From an uncultured virus (IMG/VR IMGVR_UViG_3300007770_000003) (taxonomy: Duplodnaviria; Heunggongvirae; Uroviricota; Caudoviricetes), in the IMG/VR virus record IMGVR_UViG_3300007770_000003: a stretch of 64,000 nt of DNA; one strand, given 5' to 3'. Both the position numbers and the translations under genes were made by a program. Below the pieces are notes generated by a model. That model had not been told where the DNA came from. It ran no database searches and was given only the letters and a program-made list of their open reading frames with translations. Of the stretch, positions 34,519 to 43,278 are shown piece after piece. Every line of letters begins with the position of its first letter. The first letter of the stretch is position 1.

Positions 34519-36177
34519 ATGGCCCAGAAATTCGGCCGGAAGACCCTTCCTCCGGGGTACACCCCGGATCAGTTCACCTACCAGGGGAGGCCGGCGGCGA
34601 CCGATGGTGACTTCGGCTCGGACGTGGGTCTCGCGGACATGGGCTGCGTGAACCAGTTCGGGGAGGCGAACAACAGCAAGGCGTATCACTGTGGTGTCGC
34701 CAAGACGCCGGACGGCGTCTGGTGGATGTACGCGGAGTGGGGTCGGATCAAGCCGGGCCCCTCGTGGAACAACGGTCGCTGGACGGGGAACTTTCAGGAC
34801 TTCCAGTTTGAGCGTCACGCCAGCGAGTCGGCGGCTCGGGCTGCCTTCACGAAGAAGGCGGCGAGCAAGAACGTGAAGCGGGGTGTGTTCAAGACGATCG
34901 GCGGCGTGAAGATGCTCGTCGCGAAGCCTGGGAAGGACTGCTACGTGGTTCAGGATCTCGCGACCCGGGAGAAGGGTCTCCCTGACGCCGCGACCATCAA
35001 GGATTCCACGGGTGTGACGCCTACGGCGACGGCGACTGCTGCTCCGACCAAGAAGCCTCGGAAGGCGGCGGGTCGGAGGTTCCACGCGGAGGAGATCCGG
35101 CTGGCTCAGGATCTCGTGGGCGGCACCAAGACCTACACGCGGGCTCTGTCGGCTGCGGCCGGGGTTCGGCCGACGATGGCGGCGATCACCCGGGTCCGGG
35201 ATCAGTTCATCCCGGCGGCGATGGAGCGGATCAAGCAGGTGCCGAGTCTGACGGACCAGCTCCGGGACACGGACCTCCAGGCGATCACCCGGACGGTGGC
35301 GGCTCTGGTTCCGCGGCCCATTCCGCGGACGGGTCAGGACCCGGCGGACTTCCTCCTCTCGGGGAACACGATCCTCCAGCTTCAGCAAGACCTGGACGCC
35401 TTTGAGGCGTCTCTTGCGAACGAGGATTTCTCGACGGCGGCTCCGGTCTCCACGGTCAACCCCTGGACGGTCTTGAACGCCAACGTGCGATACCTGCCGA
35501 CCTCTTCGCCTGAGGGCAAGTGGGTCGCGAGCAAGTTCCCGGCGATGACCAACCACCGCCACAGCTACATCCGGGGGAAGATGGTGATCAAGTCCATCTT
35601 CCGGGTGGATCGCCCCGACCGAGACCGCCTCTTTGAGGCGGAGGTCCGCAAGGTGGCGGCTCGTCGTCGGGGTCGGTTCTCGCTGAAGGCGAACCTTCAG
35701 CCGAAGCGGACGGACCTCAGCGGGGCTGGTGTCGGTGACCTGTACGCTCAGGCCAACGTGATCGTGGGGATCCACGGCACCCGCCCGGTGAACATCGCCC
35801 CCATCATGGGGAGCAACTTCCGTCTCCCCCGCTCTCTGCCGGGTGCTCAGATCACGGGGGCCAACTTCGGTCACGGGATCTATTGGGCGACGGACTGGAA
35901 GAAGAGCTACGGCTACTGCGGTCGAGGCTACTGGTCTTCGGGGGGCCAGGGCGGAATCAACAGCCGGGGCTGCTTCATGTTCCTCAGTGACGTGATCATG
36001 GGGAAGGCGTACCGGGCTCCTCGGACGGGCTCTTGGGGCAAGCCCCCGGGCGACACCGACTCGGTCTTCGGCGTCGGTGGCGATTCGGGTCATCGGCTTC
36101 AGAACGACGAACACGTCATCTTCGATCCGAACTACCAGCGGATCCGTTACCTCGTGGAGTTCGCGTGGCTGTCCTGA
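34519..36177 (+). CDS. WGR-domain PARP-family ADP-ribosyltransferase
   Basis: NNSKAY..EWGRI (WGR domain), helical middle region, catalytic IHGTR, GANFGHGIYWA..KSYGY and LQNDEHVIF (H-Y-E triad). Confidence 0.9.
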   Translation: MAQKFGRKTLPPGYTPDQFTYQGRPAATDGDFGSDVGLADMGCVNQFGEANNSKAYHCGVAKTPDGVWWMYAEWGRIKPGPSWNNGRWTGNFQDFQFERHASESAARAAFTKKAASKNVKRGVFKTIGGVKMLVAKPGKDCYVVQDLATREKGLPDAATIKDSTGVTPTATATAAPTKKPRKAAGRRFHAEEIRLAQDLVGGTKTYTRALSAAAGVRPTMAAITRVRDQFIPAAMERIKQVPSLTDQLRDTDLQAITRTVAALVPRPIPRTGQDPADFLLSGNTILQLQQDLDAFEASLANEDFSTAAPVSTVNPWTVLNANVRYLPTSSPEGKWVASKFPAMTNHRHSYIRGKMVIKSIFRVDRPDRDRLFEAEVRKVAARRRGRFSLKANLQPKRTDLSGAGVGDLYAQANVIVGIHGTRPVNIAPIMGSNFRLPRSLPGAQITGANFGHGIYWATDWKKSYGYCGRGYWSSGGQGGINSRGCFMFLSDVIMGKAYRAPRTGSWGKPPGDTDSVFGVGGDSGHRLQNDEHVIFDPNYQRIRYLVEFAWLS

Positions 36178-36701
36178 TCTGCCAGCAGTGGGAAGAATCG
36201 GAAGCGGGCTGGGGTATCCGCCCAGACGGGTACAGCCTTCACCGGTCCCTGGAAGATGCTCGGGTCTACGTCCAGGCTCACCGGGCCCGTCAGATCATGG
36301 CACGCGAGGGGAAGCCGCCAGGGTGGGTACCTCCAGTGTACACTCGAACGGACGGAGAGCCTTTCCAGGTTCTCATCACGGATGAGGCGGTGCTGGAGAG
36401 GCTCAATGCCTCGGAGCATGGCATCCGGGGTCCGGGGAGGCGTCCGCCTCCGAAGTATGATCCTCCGAAGGAGGAGGTCTGCGAGCACCCGAGGGTGTTC
36501 AGCTTCACGGCGAAGCCTGATGATCGCTGCGGTGGGAAGTGGCATGACGGGGCGGACTGGTATGGCCCGATACCCCGCCTCTCGGGTCTCAGCGGGGGCG
36601 ACGGCTACATCGGGGCTCGGATCTGCGTGGACTGCCATCGGATCCTCGGCCTCTTAACCGAAGAGATCCTCGCCGCCGCGGTGGCGAACCGGGAGGGTTG
36701 A
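36165..36701 (+). CDS. Hypothetical protein
   Basis: GTG 36165 after GGAG, overlapping the PARP stop; contains QQWEESEAGWGIRPDGYSLH. Confidence 0.6.
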   Translation: MAVLICQQWEESEAGWGIRPDGYSLHRSLEDARVYVQAHRARQIMAREGKPPGWVPPVYTRTDGEPFQVLITDEAVLERLNASEHGIRGPGRRPPPKYDPPKEEVCEHPRVFSFTAKPDDRCGGKWHDGADWYGPIPRLSGLSGGDGYIGARICVDCHRILGLLTEEILAAAVANREG

Positions 36702-37012
36702 TGCTGACTCACATCTCCACCAACCAGGACCAGGACATGAGGGCACCCCTCCAGTACCGATGGGATCGGGAGTCCTTCTACACGGGACCTGACGGGACCC
36801 GTTTCCGGCTCAAGAGCCGGAAAACGACTCAGTGGACTACGGAGGTCTCCTGGGCGAAGGCGGAGGTCTTCAGGGATCTCCAGTGGGTCGAGATCGCTGA
36901 CCTGTCCGCCGCTGAGCGGCGGGGTCTGGATCAGGAGACATGGGAGGGGCTCTTGTTGAGGAAGGTGAACTTCCTCCTGGGCTACGCCACCACCGCGGCG
37001 GTGAAGTCATGA
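36698..37012 (+). CDS. Hypothetical protein
   Basis: Overlap-coupled ORF. Confidence 0.55.
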   Translation: MMLTHISTNQDQDMRAPLQYRWDRESFYTGPDGTRFRLKSRKTTQWTTEVSWAKAEVFRDLQWVEIADLSAAERRGLDQETWEGLLLRKVNFLLGYATTAAVKS

Positions 37013-37413
37013 GCACGAACACCTACGCCGTCTGTTGGGAGCGGAAGCAAGTCTTTGACTTGGGGAACCACTCGACGCCCCTGATCCCTAGAGATCAGGC
37101 ATCGGTGGTGTACAACCGTCAGCAGCTCGGGGACGCGATCGACAACGTCCGCCGGGTGAAGAGGATTTCCGGTTGGATCTACTACGGCGTGGACGAGTCT
37201 GGGAAGCGAGCGACGCTCCTGTGCGTCTCGTGGATGGCTCGTAGCGGCATCTCCGAGGTAGAGGTGGTCAAGGAGGGCTGCGGCGAGCCCTGGTGTCTCT
37301 CAGACGGTCCCCTGAGCCCTGAGTGGACCTACTTCACGCCCTTCAGTAATCCGAACGTCGTCCCCGATCCGTATACTCGGCGGGGCGAGGTTCCCTACCG
37401 GCCGATGATCTGA
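37009..37413 (+). CDS. Hypothetical protein
   Basis: ATGA-coupled ORF starting MSTNTY. Confidence 0.55.
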   Translation: MSTNTYAVCWERKQVFDLGNHSTPLIPRDQASVVYNRQQLGDAIDNVRRVKRISGWIYYGVDESGKRATLLCVSWMARSGISEVEVVKEGCGEPWCLSDGPLSPEWTYFTPFSNPNVVPDPYTRRGEVPYRPMI

Positions 37414-37431
37414 TTGACCAGGAGAGCTTCG

Positions 37432-37632
37432 ATGGCTTGGATCGTGGAAAACGCGAAGCCGCGATTTGTGTACTGCGACGAGTGCCGGGCGAAGATCGCC
37501 TATCTTCCGGAAGAGGTACAGCGGTATTCCGGACGGGATATAAGCGGCGGCCCAAGTGGCTACGAGCGGGTCAAGTGCCCCAGGGTGAAGCCTCGTCGGT
37601 GCCCTGGGTATGGATATATCCGTGTCTGGTAG
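37432..37632 (+). CDS. Small Cys-containing protein
   Basis: AGGAG RBS; CDEC...CP..CPG. Confidence 0.55.
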   Translation: MAWIVENAKPRFVYCDECRAKIAYLPEEVQRYSGRDISGGPSGYERVKCPRVKPRRCPGYGYIRVW

Positions 37633-37675
37633 TTCACGATTCCCGCACGTCTGGAAGAAGCCTGAAGGGGCTTTG

Positions 37676-37927
37676 ATGGCGACCTGCGAGGTTTGCGATC
37701 AGACGACCCTCTATCCTGATGACATGGTCTCCTGCCCCGCGGCGATGAAGGCAGAGATTGAACGTCTGGATGCGGAGAACACCATCCTCCGGGGGCTCGC
37801 TCAGAAGGTGGAATGTCCCCACAAGCAACGAGGGGGCGACGGAGTATGTCGGATGGGGTACCCTGGCTGTGCCTGCGCTGATGACCTGATGGCGATGTTC
37901 GATCTGCTCTCGGAGCAAAGGGATTAA
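37676..37927 (+). CDS. Small Cys-rich protein
   Basis: MATCEVC...C..GYPGCAC. Confidence 0.55.
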   Translation: MATCEVCDQTTLYPDDMVSCPAAMKAEIERLDAENTILRGLAQKVECPHKQRGGDGVCRMGYPGCACADDLMAMFDLLSEQRD

Positions 37928-37929
37928 GA

Positions 37930-38226
37930 ATGGCGGCTGACGGTCTCTGCTTCTTCGCGGCTCGGCTCAAGCGGGAAGACTGCGACGACGCCCTCATTGA
38001 GGATCTCTTGATCAAGGGTCAGGCTCAGCAGGATCCTTCCCGGGAGTATGTCTACGTGATGCCGGAGGAAGAGATCTCCATCTCCCAGAGAGCTGATGAA
38101 GCGACCTTCGCTCTGGTGCCGGCTCCGCCTGAGCGGATCACAGACCTCCGCCATGTGGTCTCTCGGATGATCGCGAATCAGAGGGCAGAAGTGGTTGTGG
38201 GCTTCTGGTTGAGCATTTCTCGATAA
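37930..38226 (+). CDS. Hypothetical protein
   Basis: 98-aa ORF at the end of the gene run. Confidence 0.5.
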   Translation: MAADGLCFFAARLKREDCDDALIEDLLIKGQAQQDPSREYVYVMPEEEISISQRADEATFALVPAPPERITDLRHVVSRMIANQRAEVVVGFWLSISR

Positions 38227-38245
38227 AAAAATTCGAGAAAGGGCA

Positions 38246-38271
38246 GCAAGTTTTCCCTAGCGACTCGTATA
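38246..38271 (+). promoter_or_regulatory. Class I promoter-like motif
   Basis: GCAAG-N15-CGTATA. Confidence 0.7.
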
Positions 38272-38350
38272 CCAGAATGTCCCCGGAGCACCGGGGAGTT
38301 CGACGGAAACGAAACCGCTCAACCCCAGACAGGGGACGGGAGACACCCAA

Positions 38351-39259
38351 ATGAGCACCTCCGACAGCAACACCCTCAGCCTCGCCATCTCCAACGCCGT
38401 CACCACGGCGACCGCCGCCGGTCTGGACAGCGGCGGCATCTGGCGGGCGGCCTGTGACGCCGTCGTGGAGGCCCGCCTCCAGAGCAACTCGCCTTTCAGC
38501 TCGGGCGAGATCGCGGCGATCCTCCGCACCTTCGACCCGACGTTGAAGTTCAGCGTCGGCGCGGTCGGTGAGCGGCTCCGCGACGCCTTCTTCGCGGGGG
38601 AGTACCTGTTCCAGGTCCCCGAGATCACGGACTACAACGACCACGGCGATCCGATCTACGCGACCGACGCCGACGACGAGATCCTCTACGCCGACGAGCC
38701 GGCCCAGCAGATCACCCGGTACACCGAGGGTCTCGGCCGCACGGTGGCGGGAACGATGGTCTTCGTCTACGCCTCGACCTACGAGGCGGGCGAAGAGGCG
38801 GCTTTCGAGGTGGATATCCCCCGCCCCGGCACGGACGTGGCGGTCAACCCGACCACGGGTGTTCCCGACGCCCCGGTGCCCCACACCCCCACCCGCGACG
38901 CCTCGACGGACGACGGTCCCCGGGCGGCCCAGGTGGCGAAGGCGACCCGCCGGGGCTCCCTCCGCTGCACCGTCCAGCGGAACGGCCGCATGAACGTGGG
39001 GCGGCCGGTGCTGGAGAGCTACGCCCTCCTGTCCCGGCAGGGGATCAAGGCGGACACGAAGGTGTACGTCTGGGTGGACAGCGGCACGCAGACCATGACC
39101 CTCCGCCTGAAGGACGACCCCGCGAGCCCCGCGGCGAAGACCTACAGCATCTTCCGCGGCCGGATCCTCATCAACCTGAACCCCCTGGGGTTCAGCCGCC
39201 CCGCCGGGCAGAGCTACACGGCGAACGTGGTCCCCACCGGGATCGTCATCTCCCTCTAG
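38351..39259 (+). CDS. Hypothetical protein, own transcription unit
   Basis: 302 aa with strongly G/C-ending codons; promoter motif upstream and terminator-like hairpin downstream. Confidence 0.8.
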   Translation: MSTSDSNTLSLAISNAVTTATAAGLDSGGIWRAACDAVVEARLQSNSPFSSGEIAAILRTFDPTLKFSVGAVGERLRDAFFAGEYLFQVPEITDYNDHGDPIYATDADDEILYADEPAQQITRYTEGLGRTVAGTMVFVYASTYEAGEEAAFEVDIPRPGTDVAVNPTTGVPDAPVPHTPTRDASTDDGPRAAQVAKATRRGSLRCTVQRNGRMNVGRPVLESYALLSRQGIKADTKVYVWVDSGTQTMTLRLKDDPASPAAKTYSIFRGRILINLNPLGFSRPAGQSYTANVVPTGIVISL

Positions 39260-39302
39260 GAGCACTAGTCCGGCCCCCTCCCCCTGCCCCCGGTTAGTGC
39301 GC

Positions 39303-39341
39303 GCGGCCCGCTCCCCTCCCGGAGCGGGCCGCACCCGTTTT
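39303..39341 (+). terminator. Intrinsic terminator-like hairpin
   Basis: GCGGCCCGCTCC-CCTCCC-GGAGCGGGCCGC, followed shortly by TTTT. Confidence 0.65.
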
Positions 39342-39354
39342 CAGGAGTCTCCTC

Positions 39355-39501
39355 ATGATCACCCACCGCGTCGGTACCCAGGATGGGCACCCCTACATCG
39401 AATGTCTCATCTGCGGGATGAAGAGCTTCAACAAGAACGACATTCGGTATCTATGGTGTGCCAAGTGTGGGGGGACCCACCCTATCCCGGAGCACTCGTG
39501 A
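39355..39501 (+). CDS. Small zinc-finger protein, 48 aa
   Basis: Below the track cutoff. AGGAG RBS; CLICG...CAKCG; stop overlaps the next GTG. Confidence 0.65.
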   Translation: MITHRVGTQDGHPYIECLICGMKSFNKNDIRYLWCAKCGGTHPIPEHS

Positions 39502-40370
39502 AGATCACCGGAAGACTAATCAGTGACACGCATGGGGAATTCTCCCGCGATGGCGGGGTAGCCTTCGCTCAAGACCTCCCCGCGGAGGGGGTGGATGTTC
39601 TGGTCGCCGCCGGGGATATCGCCGGCTACCTGGATCTGGCGAGTGTCCTAGGCATTCTGGCTGACCGGTTCCCCGCGGTGTTGGTGGTTCTGGGGAACCA
39701 CGAGTATTACGGGACCAGCAAGGCTCAGGTGACGGAGACCATGTTGGGGATCACGGAGCGACACCCCAACCTGTCGTGGTTGAACCGGACGACGACAGAG
39801 GTGGCTGGGATCACGTTCGCCGGGGCAACGAGCTGGTGGGGCCGGCATCCGGACAATCCTACGGTGGAGGAGATCGAATTTCTGAAGGCCGGGATCACGA
39901 AACAGGCTGTCCATGCCCTTGTCAGCCGACGGGGGATTTCCTACGCCGCCGCCAAACGAGGGCTCGTAGATCAAGCTCGCCAGATCGCACGCCGGTCCAT
40001 CAACGACTTTTTGAAGGTCGAAGACCTGTTGAGCTGGGTCTACCGGGATCACGACGAGGACATGGCGTTTCTTCAATCCCAGGCATCCCGGGCTGATGTG
40101 GTCGTCACACACCTCGCTCCGAGCCCCAGGAGCGTTGCTCTTCGCTGGGTGGGGTCTCCTATCAACCGCTACTTTCTGAATGACCTGGAAGGCGTTGTGG
40201 AGGCTTCAGGGGCTTCTTTTTGGCTCCACGGGCATATGCACACCCCCTGTGACTACGTCGTAGGGACGACCCGGGTGCTCTGCGATCCCCGGGGCTATCC
40301 CCGGGAGGGGCGTTACCACGGGTACACGGGGACGCTGTTTGAGGTCCAGGCTCGGGGTAAGGGAGATTAG
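39498..40370 (+). CDS. Metallophosphoesterase (calcineurin-like)
   Basis: SDTH, AGDI, GNHEYY, VTHLAP and HGHMH motifs. Start refined to GTG 39498. Confidence 0.9.
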   Translation: MKITGRLISDTHGEFSRDGGVAFAQDLPAEGVDVLVAAGDIAGYLDLASVLGILADRFPAVLVVLGNHEYYGTSKAQVTETMLGITERHPNLSWLNRTTTEVAGITFAGATSWWGRHPDNPTVEEIEFLKAGITKQAVHALVSRRGISYAAAKRGLVDQARQIARRSINDFLKVEDLLSWVYRDHDEDMAFLQSQASRADVVVTHLAPSPRSVALRWVGSPINRYFLNDLEGVVEASGASFWLHGHMHTPCDYVVGTTRVLCDPRGYPREGRYHGYTGTLFEVQARGKGD

Positions 40371-40421
40371 GGCTAGCCTTTCATCTGGGGATCAATCGTA
40401 GCCCTATGGGCAAGGTGGTGT

Positions 40422-41264
40422 GTGGAACCAAGAGACTCCTTAGAGTTCTTCCTTCGGGAAGCCGGCCGGTACAAGCTCCTGACTCGCGAGGAAGAAGTCG
40501 TCCTCGCGAAGCGGATAAAACATGGGAGTCCGGCGGACGCCGATCTCGCTCGGCAATCGATGATCCAAGCTAATCTCCGGCTGGTGGTGTCGATCGCGAA
40601 GTCGGAGCACAAGAAGTTCAGCTATCTTCAGCTCCCGGATCTGGTTCAAGAGGGCATGATCGGGCTCGCCCGCGGGGTTGAGAAGTTCGATTACAAGAGA
40701 GGCTTCAAGTTCTCCACCTACGCCTCATGGTGGATTCGTCAGGCGATTCACCGGTACTGCCAGTCCGAGCATTCGGTGAGGCTCCCCGTCTACCAGCATG
40801 AGAACATCACCAAGTTGAACCGGGCCAGGGCTCACCTCTACCAGAAGAACCACCAGGAGCCTTCCCATCAGGAAGTGGCGGAATACCTCGGGTGGCCCGT
40901 CACGAAAGTCGAGAAGACCCACAGGATCAATCGCCGGGTGGTCTCTCTTGACGCCCCAATGGATGAGCGGACGGATCAATGCCTGGGAGACACCCTGGCG
41001 GACAACCGCCCCTTCGCTGAAGACGTACTGGAGGAAGCCTCTGTCAACGAGAGGTTGAATCGGGTCATGTTGGAAGCCTTGGATGAGCGTGAGATTCAAA
41101 TCCTGGTCCAACGGTACGGGTTGGACCGGGCTGAGCCTCGCAGCTTGGATGCCATCGGCAGCGGCCTGAAAGATCCCGTGACCCGAGAGCGGGTCAGGCA
41201 GATTGAGATGAGAGCCCGGAAGAGGCTTCGCCGCCACATCCGACGGGATGAGGTGCTGGGGTGA
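40422..41264 (+). CDS. RNA polymerase sigma-70 family factor (group 1/2-like, regions 1.2-4)
   Basis: [55 protein letters not shown] and [10 protein letters not shown]. Confidence 0.97.
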   Translation: MEPRDSLEFFLREAGRYKLLTREEEVVLAKRIKHGSPADADLARQSMIQANLRLVVSIAKSEHKKFSYLQLPDLVQEGMIGLARGVEKFDYKRGFKFSTYASWWIRQAIHRYCQSEHSVRLPVYQHENITKLNRARAHLYQKNHQEPSHQEVAEYLGWPVTKVEKTHRINRRVVSLDAPMDERTDQCLGDTLADNRPFAEDVLEEASVNERLNRVMLEALDEREIQILVQRYGLDRAEPRSLDAIGSGLKDPVTRERVRQIEMRARKRLRRHIRRDEVLG

Positions 41265-41851
41265 GTCGGGCAATTCGCCGGGCCAATCGAATCCGCGAAG
41301 AGATCCCAATCATCCAGGTGCTCGCTGATTACGGCTATCGGGTCCACCCTCATGGCGGTGAACGGGAGCAGCAGTTTTCTTGCGACCTTCATGGTGACGG
41401 TCAGGATCAAAAGCCGTCAGCTCGGGTCTATCCAACCTCGGATTCCTTCTACTGCTTCGCCTGCTCAGTCTCACGGGATGCTATCCGGCTGACCCGTGAG
41501 AAAGAAGGGGTGGGGTTCTGGGAGGCGTGCCGGCGACTGGAGCAGCGGTACGGCTTACCCCCGCTTCCCTGGGAACCGGAGGACGAACCCGAGCCCGATT
41601 TCTCGAAAGAGGTCCAAGCGACCTTTAAGACCCGTCGGACAGTGGAGGAGGAGCTGTCTCGGCTGGAGACGTTCCTCGGGGCGTTGACTCAAGATCGGGA
41701 TCTTCCGCTTCGGGATCTCCTCCTGGGATGGGAAGCTGTAGATCGGGTCGCTCACCTCCACCAACAAGAGGTTCTCCGGGAGGTCCAGGCGAAGAATGCC
41801 CTGGTACAGGTAAGACACCGACTGCTGGAGCGTTTACGGGAGACTGGATGA
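41261..41851 (+). CDS. CHC2 zinc-finger protein (primase zinc-binding-like)
   Basis: CDLH..D.KPS....FYCFAC...DAI motif; no TOPRIM domain seen. Confidence 0.8.
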   Translation: MSRAIRRANRIREEIPIIQVLADYGYRVHPHGGEREQQFSCDLHGDGQDQKPSARVYPTSDSFYCFACSVSRDAIRLTREKEGVGFWEACRRLEQRYGLPPLPWEPEDEPEPDFSKEVQATFKTRRTVEEELSRLETFLGALTQDRDLPLRDLLLGWEAVDRVAHLHQQEVLREVQAKNALVQVRHRLLERLRETG

Positions 41852-42165
41852 TTGAGCTGACTTCCGAGGGATCTTCAGGAATCGTCGCTCAGGGAGAACC
41901 CGTAGTGGTGGTCCCCGAGTTCATTCGCTATGTGGACGGGCAGGGGGTAGTGGGCACGGTGAAAGCCACGTTTGACTGCTCTGGTCTGCCTCCGGAGCTA
42001 CACGCGATGTTCCTGGACACTATCAGGGGGATGGGGCAGCAGGTTCACATCGGGGGGGTGATGCACATGTACTTCCCGGATCGATATGCGAAACCTGAGC
42101 CCGAGAAGGCGGAGCCGGTCGCTAAGCCGCTCCCGTGGTGGTCTCTTCGTCGGTGGTTCGGATGA
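41848..42165 (+). CDS. Hypothetical protein
   Basis: ATGA-coupled on both sides. Confidence 0.55.
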   Translation: MIELTSEGSSGIVAQGEPVVVVPEFIRYVDGQGVVGTVKATFDCSGLPPELHAMFLDTIRGMGQQVHIGGVMHMYFPDRYAKPEPEKAEPVAKPLPWWSLRRWFG

Positions 42166-42797
42166 GAGTAATCCATCTCTGTCGGAAGCCCTTGAGTGAG
42201 ACTTCGGTGGCTCGTAATGTCCAGGAGCAGGGTACCGGGGGCCTGAACATTGACGCCAGCCGTGTCGGTTATGGCGTCCGTCTCCAGACGGCGGCTGGTG
42301 GTCTTGGGGACGGGGAAATCTACGGGGAGGCGGACACCTACGAGAAGGGGACAGGGAGGGAGTACCGGATTGGGGGGAGATGGCCCTCCAACCTCATCCT
42401 TCAGCACCTCCCTGGGTGTCGGTGTCGAGGAACCCGGCGAGTCCAAGCTAGAAGTTCTCCGGTAGGCAGGGGGTCTGCGGTGGCCTGTAGAGACCCGGGA
42501 ATCTACGGGTCCGTTCCGGACCCGAGCCTGAACAATGTGCAATCTCCGGGATACCGCGAGCCGGATGGCAGGGAGACCATCTCGGACTGGACCTGCGAGC
42601 CGGGGTGCCCGGTGTTGCGCCTGGACGAGATCAGTGGTGAGAGGCGATCAGCGGGCTTCTATCCTTCGGAGTATAGGGGGACCGGGGAAGGCGCCGTCTA
42701 CGGGGAGGGTCGCCGCCACCAGGGGACGCTTTACGAAGACACTGGCGGGGCCTCTCGCTTCTTCAAGCAGGTGGGCGGGGAAATTGAGTCTCCGTGA
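42162..42797 (+). CDS. Stand-alone segment resembling the internal region of phage N4/N6 methyltransferases
   Basis: RKPL..VA.NV...GTGGLNIDASR, GRWPSNLI and GGASRFF; no xPPY or FxGxG motif. Confidence 0.65.
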   Translation: MRVIHLCRKPLSETSVARNVQEQGTGGLNIDASRVGYGVRLQTAAGGLGDGEIYGEADTYEKGTGREYRIGGRWPSNLILQHLPGCRCRGTRRVQARSSPVGRGSAVACRDPGIYGSVPDPSLNNVQSPGYREPDGRETISDWTCEPGCPVLRLDEISGERRSAGFYPSEYRGTGEGAVYGEGRRHQGTLYEDTGGASRFFKQVGGEIESP

Positions 42798-43224
42798 GGT
42801 GACCTTCAACGACCGGGAACAGGGCGAGATCCGCCTGTTGATTTCGGCCCCAACTCTATCCGACCCCTGGGGGATCATGGGATCTCTCCGGGGGACGGAA
42901 TGGGAGCCCTTGATTCAGGTTGTCAGCGGGCAGGCGTTGAGCCATGCCCTTCATGGCTGGGCGACCCCGCTAGTCCGGGAGCTTGGGATCTCGGCTCGCC
43001 ACCGAGCCCGCAGGATCTCGGAGGAGGGGGGCCGGTGTGCTCTGCACCAGGAGTGTCTCTCAGCGAGCCCTGAGTGCCATCCTAAATCCCGCAAGGTCCC
43101 GGATTGCTACGAGGCTCCGAATGTTACCCCAGGGGGGTCTCTGGCGGCTTCCCGGGTGGTTCTCGCGTGGCGAGAAAACCGCGTGGTTGTGGTGATCGCG
43201 GGTGAGGAGCACAACCTGAGCTGA
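42784..43224 (+). CDS. Hypothetical Cys-containing protein
   Basis: TTG start overlapping the previous gene; fills the gap before the polymerase. Confidence 0.55.
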   Translation: MSLREVTFNDREQGEIRLLISAPTLSDPWGIMGSLRGTEWEPLIQVVSGQALSHALHGWATPLVRELGISARHRARRISEEGGRCALHQECLSASPECHPKSRKVPDCYEAPNVTPGGSLAASRVVLAWRENRVVVVIAGEEHNLS

Positions 43225-43278
43225 CGGTAGGGGATGCGTCACCGTCAGGTTGTATAGGTGAGACAGGAGGCTCCTTTT

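Noticed and set aside
29964..36114. Long antisense ORFs (e.g. 29964-31754, 31415-32599, 34444-36114; also 17678-19375, 13845-15107, 7638-8909)
   Set aside because: Shadow frames of GC-rich genes on the opposite strand, with no recognisable motifs.
41281..41301. Possible target of the mini-array spacer (GGCCAATCGAATCCGCGA)
   Set aside because: First base mismatched, an 8-nt match then four mismatches, and inside a CDS. Too weak without a known PAM.
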